A stretch of DNA of 64,000 nt from Felis catus (taxonomy: Eukaryota), in contig NC_058383.1 of NCBI RefSeq assembly GCF_018350175.1, positions 8,992,001 to 9,056,000 of the forward strand, written 5' to 3'. Shown here piece by piece: positions 11,957 to 24,900 of the stretch. Numbering within the stretch: position 1 is the first letter of the stretch; every line of letters starts with the position of its first letter. Made by a program: the position numbers and the translations under genes. Under the pieces are notes generated by a model, which saw only the letters and a list, made by a program, of their open reading frames with translations, was not told where the DNA came from and made no database searches.

Positions 11957-11957
<1 letters not shown>

Positions 11958-11990
<33 letters not shown>

Positions 11991-12118
11991 AAGAGAGAGT
12001 CCCAAGCAGGCTCTTGCAACACAGAGCCTGATGTGGGACTCGATCTCAGGAACCATGAGATCGTGACCTAAGCTGAAATTAAGAGTTGGGCGCTTAAAGG
12101 AGCCACCCAGGCTCCCCA
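11958..12118 (-). mobile_element. Antisense CanSINE with a T29 tail, 90 nt after PRKRIP1 exon 3
   Basis: Poly-T at 11958-11986, then gagtcccaagcaggctc...gagccacccaggctcccc. Confidence 0.9.
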
Positions 12119-12445
12119 GGAAGAGGCATTTAAAGAAGAGAAGATACACCTGGTGTGAAGGCTGCCTTCTTAAGTCAGCATGGGAAACAGACGTCAAGTA
12201 AATCCAGGTTAGTGCTAGGTCAGATTCAGCACATCAAGATGCTCCCACTGGGAGATGTGTGAGAGAAGGGAGACTTCCATTTGGGGAGAAAGGACAGCAG
12301 AGGCCTCTCTCCCTTCCAGGCCATTTGCTGTGAAATGGAATAGAAAGCAAGATGTCCTGCATCACTTGAGTTATTATTTCTAATTCTGTTGTTCTCTTTT
12401 TGGCTGAATGCCTATAATTCCATTCAGCTATGTGTTTAGCGTGGA

Positions 12446-12447
<2 letters not shown>

Positions 12448-12477
<30 letters not shown>
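12448..12477. repeat. (GT)15 microsatellite
   Basis: Read directly from the sequence. Confidence 0.95.
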
Positions 12478-12478
<1 letters not shown>

Positions 12479-12559
12479 TACTTTGAGTTGTCTAGCGTAG
12501 AGACTGGCATTTCTTCATGACAGGTGTCAAATAAGAATTGGGAGTGGCTTTAGAAATTG

Positions 12560-13516
12560 AGGGGCACCTGGGTGGCTCAGGTGGTTAAGGATCCGACTTT
12601 GGCTCAGGTCATGATCTCATGGTTCATGGGTTCCAGCCCCATGTCAGGCTCTGTGCTGACAACTCAGAGCCTGGAGCCTGCTTCAGATTCTGTGTCTCCC
12701 TCTTTCTGTGCCCCTCCCCCACTCATGCTTTGTGTCTGTCTCTTTCTCAAAAATAAAATCAGAAATTGTCTCATAAGGGGTGCCTGGGTGGCCCAGTCAG
12801 TTGAGTGTCTGACCTTGGCTCGGGTCGTGATCTCACAATTCGTGAGTTCGAGCCCCACATCCGGCTCTGTGCTGACATCTCAGAGCCTGGAGCCTGCTTC
12901 GGATTCTGTGTCTCCCTCTCTCTGTCCCTCCCCCACTCATGCTCTGTCTCTCTCTGTCTCAAAAATAAATAAACATTAAAAAAGATTTTTTTAAAGAACT
13001 ATTAAGGTTTTTGTTACCTGACTGGAAGGGCCAGAAACCTCTTTTTTATTGCTCTTAAAAAATGCTCTTTGGACATTTCGCTTATTTTATTTATTTTTCA
13101 GAGAGAGTTTTGCAGTTATTTTATCCACACCAAAAATTGTGTTGGATTTTTTTTTTTACTAGAATTGAGTTGAATCTGTCACTTAAATTGAATGAGAATG
13201 GATGTTATAGTGTTTAGTTATTCCCTCTAGAAACTTTTATCTTTTTTTGTTTAAAAATTTCTGTGTCTCTCAATGATGACTTATGGAGATTTGACACTTA
13301 TCTCACTGTATTTGTTCATAGATTTTAAGTTTTGGCGGGGCTTGTTTTTAGGTAGGCTCCATGCCCAACGTGGAGCTCAAACTCAAGACCCTGAGATCAA
13401 GAGTTGCGTGCTCTACTGACTGAGCCAGCCAGGTGCCCCAAAGATTTTAAATTTTTTTTTTTTAAGTTTATTTATTTTGAGAGAGAGAGTGCAAGTTGGG
13501 GAGGGAGGGAGGGAGG

Positions 13517-13557
<41 letters not shown>

Positions 13558-16500
13558 TCCCAAGCAGGCTCCACACTGTCAGTGCAGAGCTTGGTGCAGG
13601 GCTCGAACCCATGAACTGTGAGGTCATGACCTGAGCCAAAGGTGGACACTTAACCAACTGAGCCACCCAGGCGCCCCCAAGATTTTAAGGGATTTTTTTA
13701 TTGCAGTGGTGCTAGGTGCTCCTTTATATTTTATTCTTGACTATTAGTAAAAATCAGAAAAAATCCTGATGTTTTAAGGCTCTTCTATTTTCCAACCTGG
13801 CTATTAATAAAAACCAAATATTATTTGGCAAATTCTTTGTGATTTCCCACATTTGATTTCTCCTTTTTAAATTTTTTTTATTTTTTATTTAAAACAATTT
13901 TTTTTAAATGTTTTTATGTATTTTTGAGAGAGAGAGAAACAGAGCACGAGTGGGGTAGGGGCAGAGAGAGAGAGACACACACACACACAATCCGAAGCAG
14001 GCTCCAGGCTCTGAGCTGTCAGCACAGAGCCCGACACAGGGCTTGAACTCGTGAACCGCGAGATCATGACCCGAGCCGAAGTCAGACGCCCAACCGACTG
14101 AGCCACCCAGGTGCCCCTGATTTCTCCTTTTAACATGTATTAGAGATTGCCTTTCATTCTTAATCTTACAACATGCAATGTAGGACCTTTTCCTCACTCT
14201 GACTATGGTGCCTATTTTTTCATGGAATACGTTTGTGTGTTTTAGAGATTCACATGCTTTAAAATGATATGTATTTGTATTGTGAAGTCACCACCTTGAG
14301 ATCAAGACCTAAGCTGAGATAGAGTCAGACACTTAACTGACTGAGCCACCAGGTATCCCTTATTTGCTTTTTATAAAGGAGGAAACCACTTTGGGCAACA
14401 GCGTGTGATTTTCCAATAATTTGCTTAAAAAAAAAAAATAACTCACTGTAGAACTTCTTCCTATATAAAGGAAATAAAATGCTTTAAAAATTTAAAATAA
14501 TCATTCACAAGGGGTACCTGGGTGGCTCGGTTGGTTAAGCGTCCAACTTCGATGCAGGTCATGATCTCACAGTTTGTGAGTTCTAGCCCTGCATCAGGCT
14601 CTGCGCTGACAGCTCAGAGTCAGGAGCCTGTTTCAGACTCTGTGTCTCCCTCTGTCTCTGCCTGTCCCTAGCTCATGCTCTGTCTCTCAAAAACAAACAA
14701 ACATTAAAATAATCATTCACAAAAATAGAATACTACTTAGCAATAAAAAGGAATAAACTATTGATATATACAACAGTGTGGATGATTCTTAAAACATATG
14801 CTGAGTGAAAGAAGCCTTGCATAAAAGAGACCACACTGTAAAATTCCATTTATATGAAGTTCTACAAGAGGAAAAACTAATGTATGTAAAAAAAAAAAAA
14901 AAAATCAGGGGCTCCTGGGTGACTTAGTTGGTTAAGCGTCCGACTCTTGATTTCCACTCAGGTCGTGGTCTCAACAGTTTGTGGGTTCAAGCCCCGCACC
15001 TGACTCTATGCTAACAGCAGAGGCTGCTTGGGATTCTCTCGAGCTCTCTCTTGAGCTCTCTCGCTCTGTCAAAATAAACATTTTTTAAAAATCAGAATAG
15101 TTGTTTCTGAGAGTTGGATAAGAAAAGGTACGAGGGAACTTTCTGGTGTGATTACATTGTACGCTCTAGATTTGATCATTTTGTTGTATGTATTACCTTA
15201 AGTGGAAGAAAACAGAAAAACCATTAACAAATATTAAACTCTAGTTGATGATATGCATGCTTAAATCTTTAGAGGTGAAATGTCCTGGTGTCTGCAACTT
15301 ACTTTGAAATGTGTTAAAAAGAAATAAGATGGATTGATGGAAGGATAGAGGGATAGATAGGTGGACAGGCGTGTGCTAAAGCAAGTAGCAAAATGTCTGT
15401 AGGATTTAGTGGTGGGTATACGGACTGTATGATTCCTTCAACTTTTCTATGTTGGAAATTTTCCAACGTAAAATGCCAGGGAAATTATTAAAGGGATAGA
15501 TATGATACAGAAAAAAATACGTAAAAATTTACTGGAATGGCCAAAAATTGAGTTCAAAAAATACCTTTATGATTTTGGAACAGAAGGGAATCATTGCCGT
15601 GGTGGTTTTCACCTGCTGTTTGCTTGTCCTGCGTCTCTCTTGGCCCCCAGCTGTTGGTGGTTCTTCAGCTACTGCCGTCCTCTGGATGTGGCATTCTCGA
15701 TTCTAGGGGGGAGTTTCTTGTGGCTGGTCACACCTCTACCTGGTCCCTGTAGTGGGTTTTCCACTGCCAAGAATAAATAAAACTCTATGTAGAAACTATC
15801 TGAAGCTACTTTAGCTTCATTTTGAAACTACTTTACATATTGAAACTACTTTAGAGGGAAGGAAACAGAGCAGGCTGTTGGCTCAACTACCATCAGCTAG
15901 TCTGGTTTTTATACATCGATTAAAGATCCAGGGAAAATACAGAAAAATGTTTCACAGACCTTGAATCCACACAGACACGCAGGTTCTTATTTCACACGGC
16001 GGAAGACAGGCTCGGACGTTAGAAGAAACAAAGAGGCAAGGGTGTCCTCAACCTTTCACGGGACTAACAGGGCGTCGCCACTGGAAGAGCTCGTGGTGCT
16101 GCTCGTGGTGAGCTCAAGTCCTGCCAAGCCTGATGGGGCTCCGGTGGGTCACTTGTTGGCTGCAGCTGCTCCGGCAGCAGAGTGAGTTTACGGTCCAGCT
16201 GTGAACAGACCACATGCTTTTCCTTTTAAGTCGTTTGCTTTCTGGTGCTCTAATCGGAACTGAGTTCCTTGAAAGGAGACCCTTCTCTCTTTTTTTTCTT
16301 ATTTACTTATTTATTATTTTTTACTTTCTATTTTAGAGTGTGAGTGGGGGAGAGGGCCCAGTGGGGGGAGAGGGAGAGAATCTTAAGCAGGCTTCGTGCT
16401 CAGCGCGGAGCCCAACTCGGGGCTCCATCCCACAACCCTGGGCCGAAATCAAGAGTCAGATGCTTGACTGACTAAGCCACCCAGGTACCCTGTTTTATTT

Positions 16501-16985
16501 ATTTTATTTTTTTAGTGATCTCTGTACCCAGCGGGGGGCTAGAACTCGCCACTCCGAGATCAAGAGTTGCACGTTCTTCGGACTGAGCCAGCCAGGCGTC
16601 CTGACTCCTCTTATTTCATGATCTCTGCTCTCAGAGAGCTTCTGCGTCACTCTAAGCAGAGCCACACAGCCCTGGCAGTGCAGGCCAGCAGAGGGGTTGA
16701 AGCCACCTTGTCCTCTGCTGGCCCCTTATTTACTCTGTTGACCTTTAAGGCTTTGACTAGAAGAAAGAGATGGCATTTTATTATTTTTTTTAATTTAATT
16801 TTTTGAAAGGGAGAGAGAGTGCAAGTGGGGGAGGGGCAGCGAGAGAGAGAGACACAGACTCCGAAGCAGGCCTCCAGGCTCCCAGCTGTCAGCACAGAAC
16901 CCGATGCGGGGCTCGAACTCACAAACTGTGAGATCATGACCTGCACCGGAGTTGGACGCTTAACCGACTGAGCCACCTACGCGCC
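12560..16985. mobile_element. About 11 CanSINEs in both orientations plus L1M 3' fragments in PRKRIP1 intron 3
   Basis: + copies at ~12560, 12777, 14510, 14907. - copies ending at ~13440, 13678, 14117, 14360, 16490, 16602, 16985. L1M-like 3' sequence at ~14720-15480. Confidence 0.85.
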
Positions 16986-17361
16986 TCAGAGACGGCATTT
17001 TAGATCATTGTATCTTTGTGGTTTACAAGTGCTTTCTAGTAGGTTATCGTATGTTATCCTTTCTAAAGGTTCTGGGAGAGAGGAATTGGTCTTTTCCCTG
17101 TTTTATAGGTGAGAAAACGAAGGCTCAGAGACAGGGAGCTGCTAGGAAGGGAATTATTAGCCAACAAGGGCAAGGGTTGGCTTTGTATGGATGTGTGTAC
17201 ACTCACGTATTCCTGTGTGACACATGTATGTGCTTAGTAGCAGTGATGGCACTGGGTGTTGTCTTGCTGTGGAATCAGTCACCTGATGACTGTCATCATT
17301 AGGACTTGAAAATGCCATGGTTCCACCTCTCTGACTGTTCCATCTGATGAGCCCAGGTCAC

Positions 17362-18523
17362 CGTAAGGAAAAAACGTGCTTCTGTGTGTCTCCTCTACTC
17401 TCAGTTCTCTGCTCCTCTTCTGACACCTCTGGTCACCAGATATGTGGGGATTTCTCTCACACCAAGCAATTCTGTGACGCTAGCTGAGCATCCTACAGTT
17501 CAACTCAATCCTGATGCCATCCACCAGGCAAGAACGTCCAATGCCACATGTTCAATGGGCTCAGTCCCATGAGACTGCCTCCCTGCCCCCAGCCACTTCA
17601 AAGGCCAGTCCCAGGCCCAGGTGTTGTCCCCTGTCCTTCTGACCGACTGGCTGTGGATTAGAGGTCCCCCACCACTCCCTCCTCAGGTTCAATTAAGTTG
17701 CTCAGAGGGACTCACAGAACTCAGGAGAAGCCAGGTGGAAGAAGGGGGCACAGAGCTTCTGTCCCCTCCCAGCCCCTCCGTATGTTCACCAACTCGGAAA
17801 CCATCTGAACCCCATCTTTTGGGGGTTTTGGAGGCATTACTACTAAGGCACAATTGATCAAATCATTGGCATTTGGCAGTTAGTTCAGCCTGCAGCTCCT
17901 CTCCCTCCCTGGAGCACAGGAGGTGGGGCTGAAAGTTACCCCGGTGACCAGCCCTGCTCCTTAAGGGCTTTCCAGAACTCACTCGTTAACTTAAACTCCT
18001 GTGGTTGAAAAGGGGCTTGTTACAAAAAAAAAAAGACACCATTTCACCTTTCTCTTGGGAGCTATTTTGGAAACTGGGAACATAATTAAGTATTATAATA
18101 AAAGGTGCCCCTGTGGCTCTTGAATAGGAAATTTATAGGAGCTTTTGGAACCACGTTCCAGAAGTAATGGATGAAGACCAAATACAGTTGACTATTAGCA
18201 GGTGATTAGGGGCACCAACCCCTCCACTATGCAGTAAAATCTGTATATAACTTTTGACTTTCCTAAAACTCTAATAGCCTTAACTATTGACCCAAAGCCT
18301 GATAATGTAGTCAGTTAACATATATTTGGTTACGTGTATTATATACTGTATTCTTATAATAAAGTAAGCTAGAGAAAAGAATGTTAAAATCCCGAGGAAG
18401 AGAAAATACAGTACTGGACTGTATTTATCGAAAAAATCCGCATGTAGGTGGACCCGCACAGTTCAAACCTGTGTTGTTCAAAGGTCAGCTGTATACGTTT
18501 CTTACTATAAATCACAATGTCAC
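17362..18523. mobile_element. MER21-like ERV LTR interrupted by a Tigger MITE
   Basis: ctcctctactctc...ttctgacacc...caccaagcaattct...cctacagttcaactcaatcctgatgcc resembles the MER21 family. It resumes after the MITE (tttcttactataaatcacaatgtcaca). Confidence 0.6.
18185..18491 (-). mobile_element. Tigger2a-like Tc1/mariner MITE
   Basis: TIRs CAGTTGAC... and ...gttgttcaaaggtcagctg, flanked by TA at 18183-18184 and 18492-18493. Confidence 0.8.
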
Positions 18524-18798
18524 ACTAGCCAAGGCCCTGGCTACGTAGCCGGTAATTCTTCCTCTGCCTTCAGGGAATACACAGTGTGCACCTTCTCATG
18601 CTCTCGTATTTTGTGTATGACTGCCACCCTACGGAACGAAGTAACTTTTGCCATCGGAGAACCAGATACTGGGGGCATCCTCTTAATGGTCACAGTGGCC
18701 CCAGAGACCCGGATGTGCCTATGGCACCCCCAGTGGTGTGACTTCCAGAGCTCCCATACCCAGCCCAGAGTGTGTCTAAATGATGTGTTTTTTCACAG

Positions 18799-18884
18799 CA
18801 AAAATTGGATGCAGAGTTTCAGAAGAGACTGGAGAGAAATAAAATTGCTGCAGAAGAGCAGACAGCAAAGCGCCGAAAAAAGCG
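18799..18884 (+). CDS. PRKRIP1: PRKRIP1 coding exon 4 ([29 protein letters not shown])
   Basis: Acceptor tttttcacag|CAA, donor CG|gtaagg. 86 nt, phase 0 to 2. Basic, helical peptide matches PRKRIP1. Confidence 0.97.
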
Positions 18885-19364
18885 GTAAGGGCTTTGTGGC
18901 TTCTCGTAACCGATGAAACTTAAAGGCAGAAATATGAAAGCTGGGGAATGAGTCGTCCTTGCGGTCAGAAGTTCACCTTATGACCTGTCAAGGTCTTAGG
19001 TGTTACCCAACACCTAAGGTGTTTCACTTAGGTGTAGAGGAATGGCCTTTCTCCCAATAACTGAGAAGACATTAAGTCACTTACTACCACTACATCCCCC
19101 TTCCCCCGTACAGATTCTCCATAGCTCAGGTCAGCACTTTGGTGCTCACATGGATTTCTGGGTCTCCTTCCCTTCTGTATTTTAACACCAAGTTTAACAA
19201 TATGCTGTGAGTAAGGTTCCCTTAGCTTGTTCCTTAAATTAGGGTGTGTGACCTCCCTCAGTGACATCATGTGAGCGTGTAGACTGCATGTGTGTGTATG
19301 TTTTAATAAATACTCCCTCGACCTTTAAAGAGCTGAGCAGGATTCTGAAAACAGTCCTTAATTC

Positions 19365-19583
19365 TTATTTATTCGTTTACTTATTTAAGTTTATTTATTT
19401 ATTTTGAGAGAGAGAGCACGAGCAGGGTAGGAGCAGAAAGAGAAGGGGTGAGAGAATCCCAAGCAGACTCCACACTGTCAGTACAGAGCCCAACGTGGGA
19501 CTCGAACTCACTAACCATGAGATCATGACCTGCGCCAAAATCAAGAGTCAGACGCTTGACCAGCTGAGCCACGCAGGGGCTCC
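19365..19583 (-). mobile_element. Antisense CanSINE in PRKRIP1 intron 4
   Basis: SINE body with TSD aac(a/g)gtccttaattctt at ~19350 and ~19586. Confidence 0.9.
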
Positions 19584-20201
19584 TGAACGGTCCTTAATTC
19601 TTAGTCTGTTTCTGGCAATCTGTTCGTGTATTGGGATAGTTCTTTTTCTTTTTCTTTCCAATAGGCATAGTAAAGGTAGTTAAAGAGCATATCTGTATGC
19701 TGCAACTTGATTACATCTTTTTTTCTGTTTTGTATTTTTTCTTTTATCATGTTCCAGTTTCTGCATGTAGAATTAAATAAGAAACAAAACCTGTAAAGCT
19801 GTAACATTTCACATGGAAATGCTGCCCAGCCTTCACCAGCTTCGGAAATCTGACCTTTGCTGATGGCTGCAATGAAGTGCCACCTAAAAAAATAAATAAA
19901 AATAAATAAATAAAAACAGTCCCTAAACATCTTGGAATGAAAAATCTCTCCCAATATTTCTGAGATTGTTTTAATCACCTCGAGACTCTGAAAGGTTGTT
20001 TCATTTTGATTCAAAAAGAAAACAGCTTGATAATGTTCATGGTGTTGGAGTAGCAGAATCATGAGAAAGTATTTCTTCCATTTCATTGTTGTAGTGTTTG
20101 TGTAATTGTAGGGTCTTTAAACATTCCATAAGTAGTTATTTGTTTTCTAAAATATTTAGTAAGGTAGTGGGGGAATTAATAGATTTATTTTATATTTGTA
20201 G

Positions 20202-20269
20202 CCAGAAGTTAAAAGAGAAGAAATTATTGGCAAAGAAGATGAAACTTGAACAGAAGAAACAAAAAGAAG
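20202..20269 (+). CDS. PRKRIP1: PRKRIP1 coding exon 5 (QKLKEKKLLAKKMKLEQKKQKE-G)
   Basis: Acceptor tttgtag|C, donor G|gtgagt. 68 nt, phase 2 to 1. Lys-rich peptide matches PRKRIP1. Confidence 0.96.
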
Positions 20270-20379
20270 GTGAGTGGTACCTGCTTTTCTTGGTTGGGAT
20301 CTTTCTCACCTATCAGGAGTGAGATTTAGAATTTGGAGCTGGTTGGCTGGCCACTGAAGACACGAGGACTTATTTCCAT

Positions 20380-21200
20380 TAGTTAGGACTCATTTAATTG
20401 CAAGTGTCAGAATGTTAAACTGGTGTAAGCAAAAAGAAAGATGCTGACTGGCATTAAGTCAGGACAGACCTCCCTTCAGGGATGGCTAGTAAATGAGCTC
20501 AGTGATGTTACTGGCCTTCTTTGTCTCCCTCTGTCCCCTGGCTCCTTGTCCTCAGGCAGGTGCATGTCCTCCCTGTGGTTGTGGGGTACCTGGGGCTGCA
20601 CCGTGCCTCATTCTTGTCCAGTAGGAAAGACTGAGGGGATGTCCCTCGCAAAAGTGCTTTTGTGTTTTTTGGCCCTGATGGAGTCACTTGGCAAGTCAGT
20701 TAAGAATGCTTTGGGTTATAAAAAAAAAAAAAAAAAAAAAAAAACCAGAAAACTAGCAGTAGTTAAACAAAGAAGAGTTCATTTCTCTCACTTAATAAGA
20801 AATCTGGTGGTAGGTGGCAGCCTCTTGTGGTTCAGTAGCTCAGGAGTGGCAGGCCCAGTATCCCCTGCACTTCTCTTGGCCTTTACTTTGTGGGTATGAG
20901 ATGGTTGCTGTGGCTCCTGGCATCATACCTGTGTCCAAAGGGGAGAGAAGTGCAGGGGATGCTGGTATTTTAACAGAAGAGCAGAAGATCCCCCAGAAGT
21001 GCCCAACAGATGGCATTTTATATTTCACTGGTCACTTTGCCATCCCTTGCTGCTATTAGGCTAGACGAATAGAAAACCGAACTGTTGTGACTGTGTTTAA
21101 CCTGTCGTGATTTATCCCTGGGAGCCGGGTACATTGCCACCCCGGACTGGGATGAGATTTTGTTAACGAGGAGGAATAGGGGTGAGTCACGTGTCAGTGT
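20380..21200. mobile_element. MLT1-like (MaLR) LTR fragments
   Basis: ttaggactc...ttgcaagtgtcagaa...taagcaaaaagaaag and agtcagttaagaatgct...tctctcacttaataagaaatctgg are typical old MLT1 termini. Confidence 0.5.
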
Positions 21201-21959
21201 CCCACAGTGCTACCAGTCCTGTCCACCTCTGAGCACTCCACATGGCCAGAGGTGCCAGCCACTCCCCTGAGAGCCCCTGAGCTGAGAACCCAGGAAAGAG
21301 GGGCCTCAGATGGAAAGGACCAAAGATGCTAAGAGACCAAAAAACGACAAGTGCATACACGTTACTGAATTGGTGGTTGTTCCCTGATTGACTAGGTATG
21401 GTTCCTGGTTAGACGGTTGTGAGTTTTGGTCTTAAGATAAAGTCAGATTTTCACTGACACACTAAATATGATTGGTCCCTTCCAGGATCAGTTTCCTTAT
21501 GGTTTGTAAATATACTGCGTGACACCCTCTGTATGGTATAGTCTTAGATTCTTCCTCCCCATTTCTTAGAATCATTTCTTTTATAACACTGAAATATGAT
21601 TGCTAGGACCTCATCCCTGAAAGAAACCACCTCATTACTTTCCCAGCCCTCTTCCTCCCCACACAGGAACATCCAGTACTGATCCAAGGGCTGGAGGATT
21701 GGGCACAGGAGCCAATCTCACGGTTTTTGGTTTTTTGTTTTATTTATTTTAGAGGGAGCGAGTGCATGTGTGAATAGGGGAGAGAAAGAAGGAGAGAGAA
21801 TCCCAAACAGGCGTCACACTCAGTGCAAAGCCTGATGCAGGGCTCAATCCCATGACCCTGGGATCATGACCTGAGCCAAAATCAAGAGTCGGATACTGAA
21901 CCGACTGAGCCACCCAGGCGCCCCAAGCCAGTCTCGTGTTATATTGAAGGAGGTATTGT

Positions 21960-24900
21960 AACTTGGACCCATGACATCAGGATATAGAAAGGTCCTTGGC
22001 TCTAGGTGATTTATTTTTTCTTTGTGTTGTCATTGCTATTATTTAGTGTTTAGTGAATTTCCTGAGCTAATTTTGTAAAGCCTGCATTCTTTATCGAGTC
22101 TGCTTTGTTAGCTTAGTGGTCAGCTGAAGAGTAGAGATTTCTTTGAACTTCCAAGTCTCACAGCCTTTGCCGAGGGGCTCTATGTATCTGTAGGAACATG
22201 CCTTCAACGTGTTGGCAGGCGGTTCACAATTTGCTTTAGCCTTCATGCCCTCCTTGCACAGAGCTTCAAGGTCAGCCAGAGGTGAGATTAGGACCATCAC
22301 TTGTCTTTCTTAGACATGTACACAGCTCTGCATGTGGCTGTCTAAAGTCCCAACTTTTCCTCAGGTTTTGATGGATTTCTTGGTTGCTCCAGCTGTTAAT
22401 ACCTTAGGCAGCTGCAATGTTAAACAGTTGCCACTGGTTGTTTTTGACGACCACCCTTGAGAAAGGGCTGTTTGCACTAAGGTTGAATGAAGATAAGCCT
22501 TGGAAGTGGAAGTTTCTGGGGAGCAGCTAGACAGCTCACATAGGGACAGTGCTCTGAGTATGGAACTTCTGAGGACCTTCCAACAGTTTACTTCCTCCGG
22601 TGGCTGCCAGGCGGTTGGTTTCCACAACTGCTGTGGTGATGAGGGCTACCTCGGATATGGTGAGAGAGAGACGTTAGAATGCCACAGAACTTGCTGTACT
22701 TACCAAGGTTCAGCCATTTTTCTTGAACAATCCGAGGAATGTTTCCAGAGTTCTGAAAAAGTTGGTTTTGACAATTGTTGATGTTCTTAATTATTTTTAT
22801 GGAGGAGCAGATTTTTAGAGATCCTTACTCTGCCATTCTGAAAGTGCTTCCATCCCTTTAGACTTTACCCTGCCTATATTGGAAATGTTTCTTGGGGGCA
22901 CCTGGGTGGCTCAGTCACTTGGGTGTCTGACTTCAGCTCAGGTCACGATCTCACAGTTTGTGGGTTCGTGCCCTGTGTCAGGCTCTGCGCTGGCAGCTCA
23001 GAGCCTGGAGACTGCTTCAGATTCTGTGTCTCCCTTTCTCTCTCCGCCCGTCCCGTTTGTGTGCGTGCCTCTGTCTCTCTCAAAAATAAACATTTAAAAA
23101 TAAAATGCACTAATAAACTTAAAAAATTTTTTCTTCTGAATAAATATGTTTCATGTAGATATCAGATGTTTGAGTCATGGGTTTTGTTCCCCCCCATTCT
23201 TAGAGTCTCTGCCTTTTTATATTGATCTGTTTGGATTTTAGGGCTACCATTTTATTTGGGGGTTTTTCTGTTGTTCCTTCTGTATTTCTCTGTTTCTTTT
23301 TCTCTGTCTTTTGTATTATTTGAACATTTTTTTATCTTACTTTAATGTATTGTGTTTTTAACTATATCCCTCTTTCTAGCTTTTTAGTTGTTCCTCTGCA
23401 GCTTGCTATATATGTACTCCTTTCACAGTCTACTTAGAATCGGTATTTAAGTGGAATGTAGAAACTTGTCACCATATAGGTCTCTTGACCTTTTATGTTG
23501 TGGTTGTCTTAAGTATTACATCTACATACGTTGAAAACCCTAGTGGATAATGCTATTTTTGTTTTCAATCATCCAGTACATTTTGAAGATCAGGAGGAGA
23601 ATTGTCTAGAATAATAATAGTAACCAGATAGTTAGATTTCTGTTGTTCTTCCTTTGTCCGTGATGTTCCAAGCTTACCTCTGGCATCATTTCCTTTCTGT
23701 CTGAAGAACTTCCTTCAGTCATTTGGTTAGAAGAGGTCTGCTGGCTATGAATTTTCTTTGCTTTTCTTCATATGAGGCTGTCTTTATATCACCTTTGTTC
23801 CTGAAGGACATTCTCACTAGATATAAAATTTAGGGAGCACCTTGGTGGCTCAGTCGGTGAAGTGTCTGACTCTTGATTTTGGCTTAGGTCATGATCTCAC
23901 TGTTTGTGAGTCCGAGCCCCACATTGGGTCATGATCTCACTGTTTGAGCTCTGCACTGTCATTGTGGAGCCTGCTCTCTCTCTCTCTGCCCCTCCCCTGC
24001 CTGCACTCGCTTACTCACTCTCAATCTCTCCCCCTACCCCTCTTTCAAATAGATGAACTTAAAAAAAAATTTGGGGTTGGCAGTTTTTTCTCCCAGCACT
24101 TTAGAAATACCATGCCACTTTCTGTGGCCTGCATGGTTTCTGATGAAAATTTTATAACTATTGAGATTGTTCTATCATTATTTTTATCTGGCTGCTTTTA
24201 ATATTTCTGTCTTTAGATGTCAACAGTTTGATTATGATGGGTCTGCACATGGATTTCTTTGGTTTAATCCTGTTTGGATTTCACTGAGCTACTCCAATCT
24301 GTAGGCCTGTTTGTCTTTTGTCAAATTTGGAAAAATTTTGGAAGCAAAAAGAATATAAAAACAGGGAGGGGGACAAAACATGAGAGACTCTTGAATATGG
24401 AGAACAAACAGAGGGTTACTGGAGGGGTTGTGGGAGGGGGGATGGACTAAATGGGGAAGGGGCATTAAGGAATCTACCCCTGAAATCATTGTTGCACTAT
24501 ATGCTGCAAATTTGGGTGTAAATTAAATTAAAAACAAATTGTTTTTGGAAAAATTTTTATTCAATCATTTTTGTTTCTGGTCTTCTTATTGGATAATTCC
24601 TACTGATCTGACTTCAAACTATCTCTTTCCTATGCCATCTCTTCTGCTGTTGATCCTTTCCAGTGGATTTTTTTTATCTCAGTTACTGTGTTTTTTCAGA
24701 AAAGTCCTGAAATTTCCAGTAGATTCTTCTCTATATGCCTTCTATTTGCTGCAATTTTCTCTCTTTCCATTCATTTCAAGAGTGTTCACTCTTCCCGGAA
24801 AGATTTCTAAGCAACTGCTTTAAAGTATTTGGTTACTCCAGCATCTAAGTCATCTTAGCATTGGCATTTGTTGATTGTCTTTCCCCGTGCAAGTCGAGAT

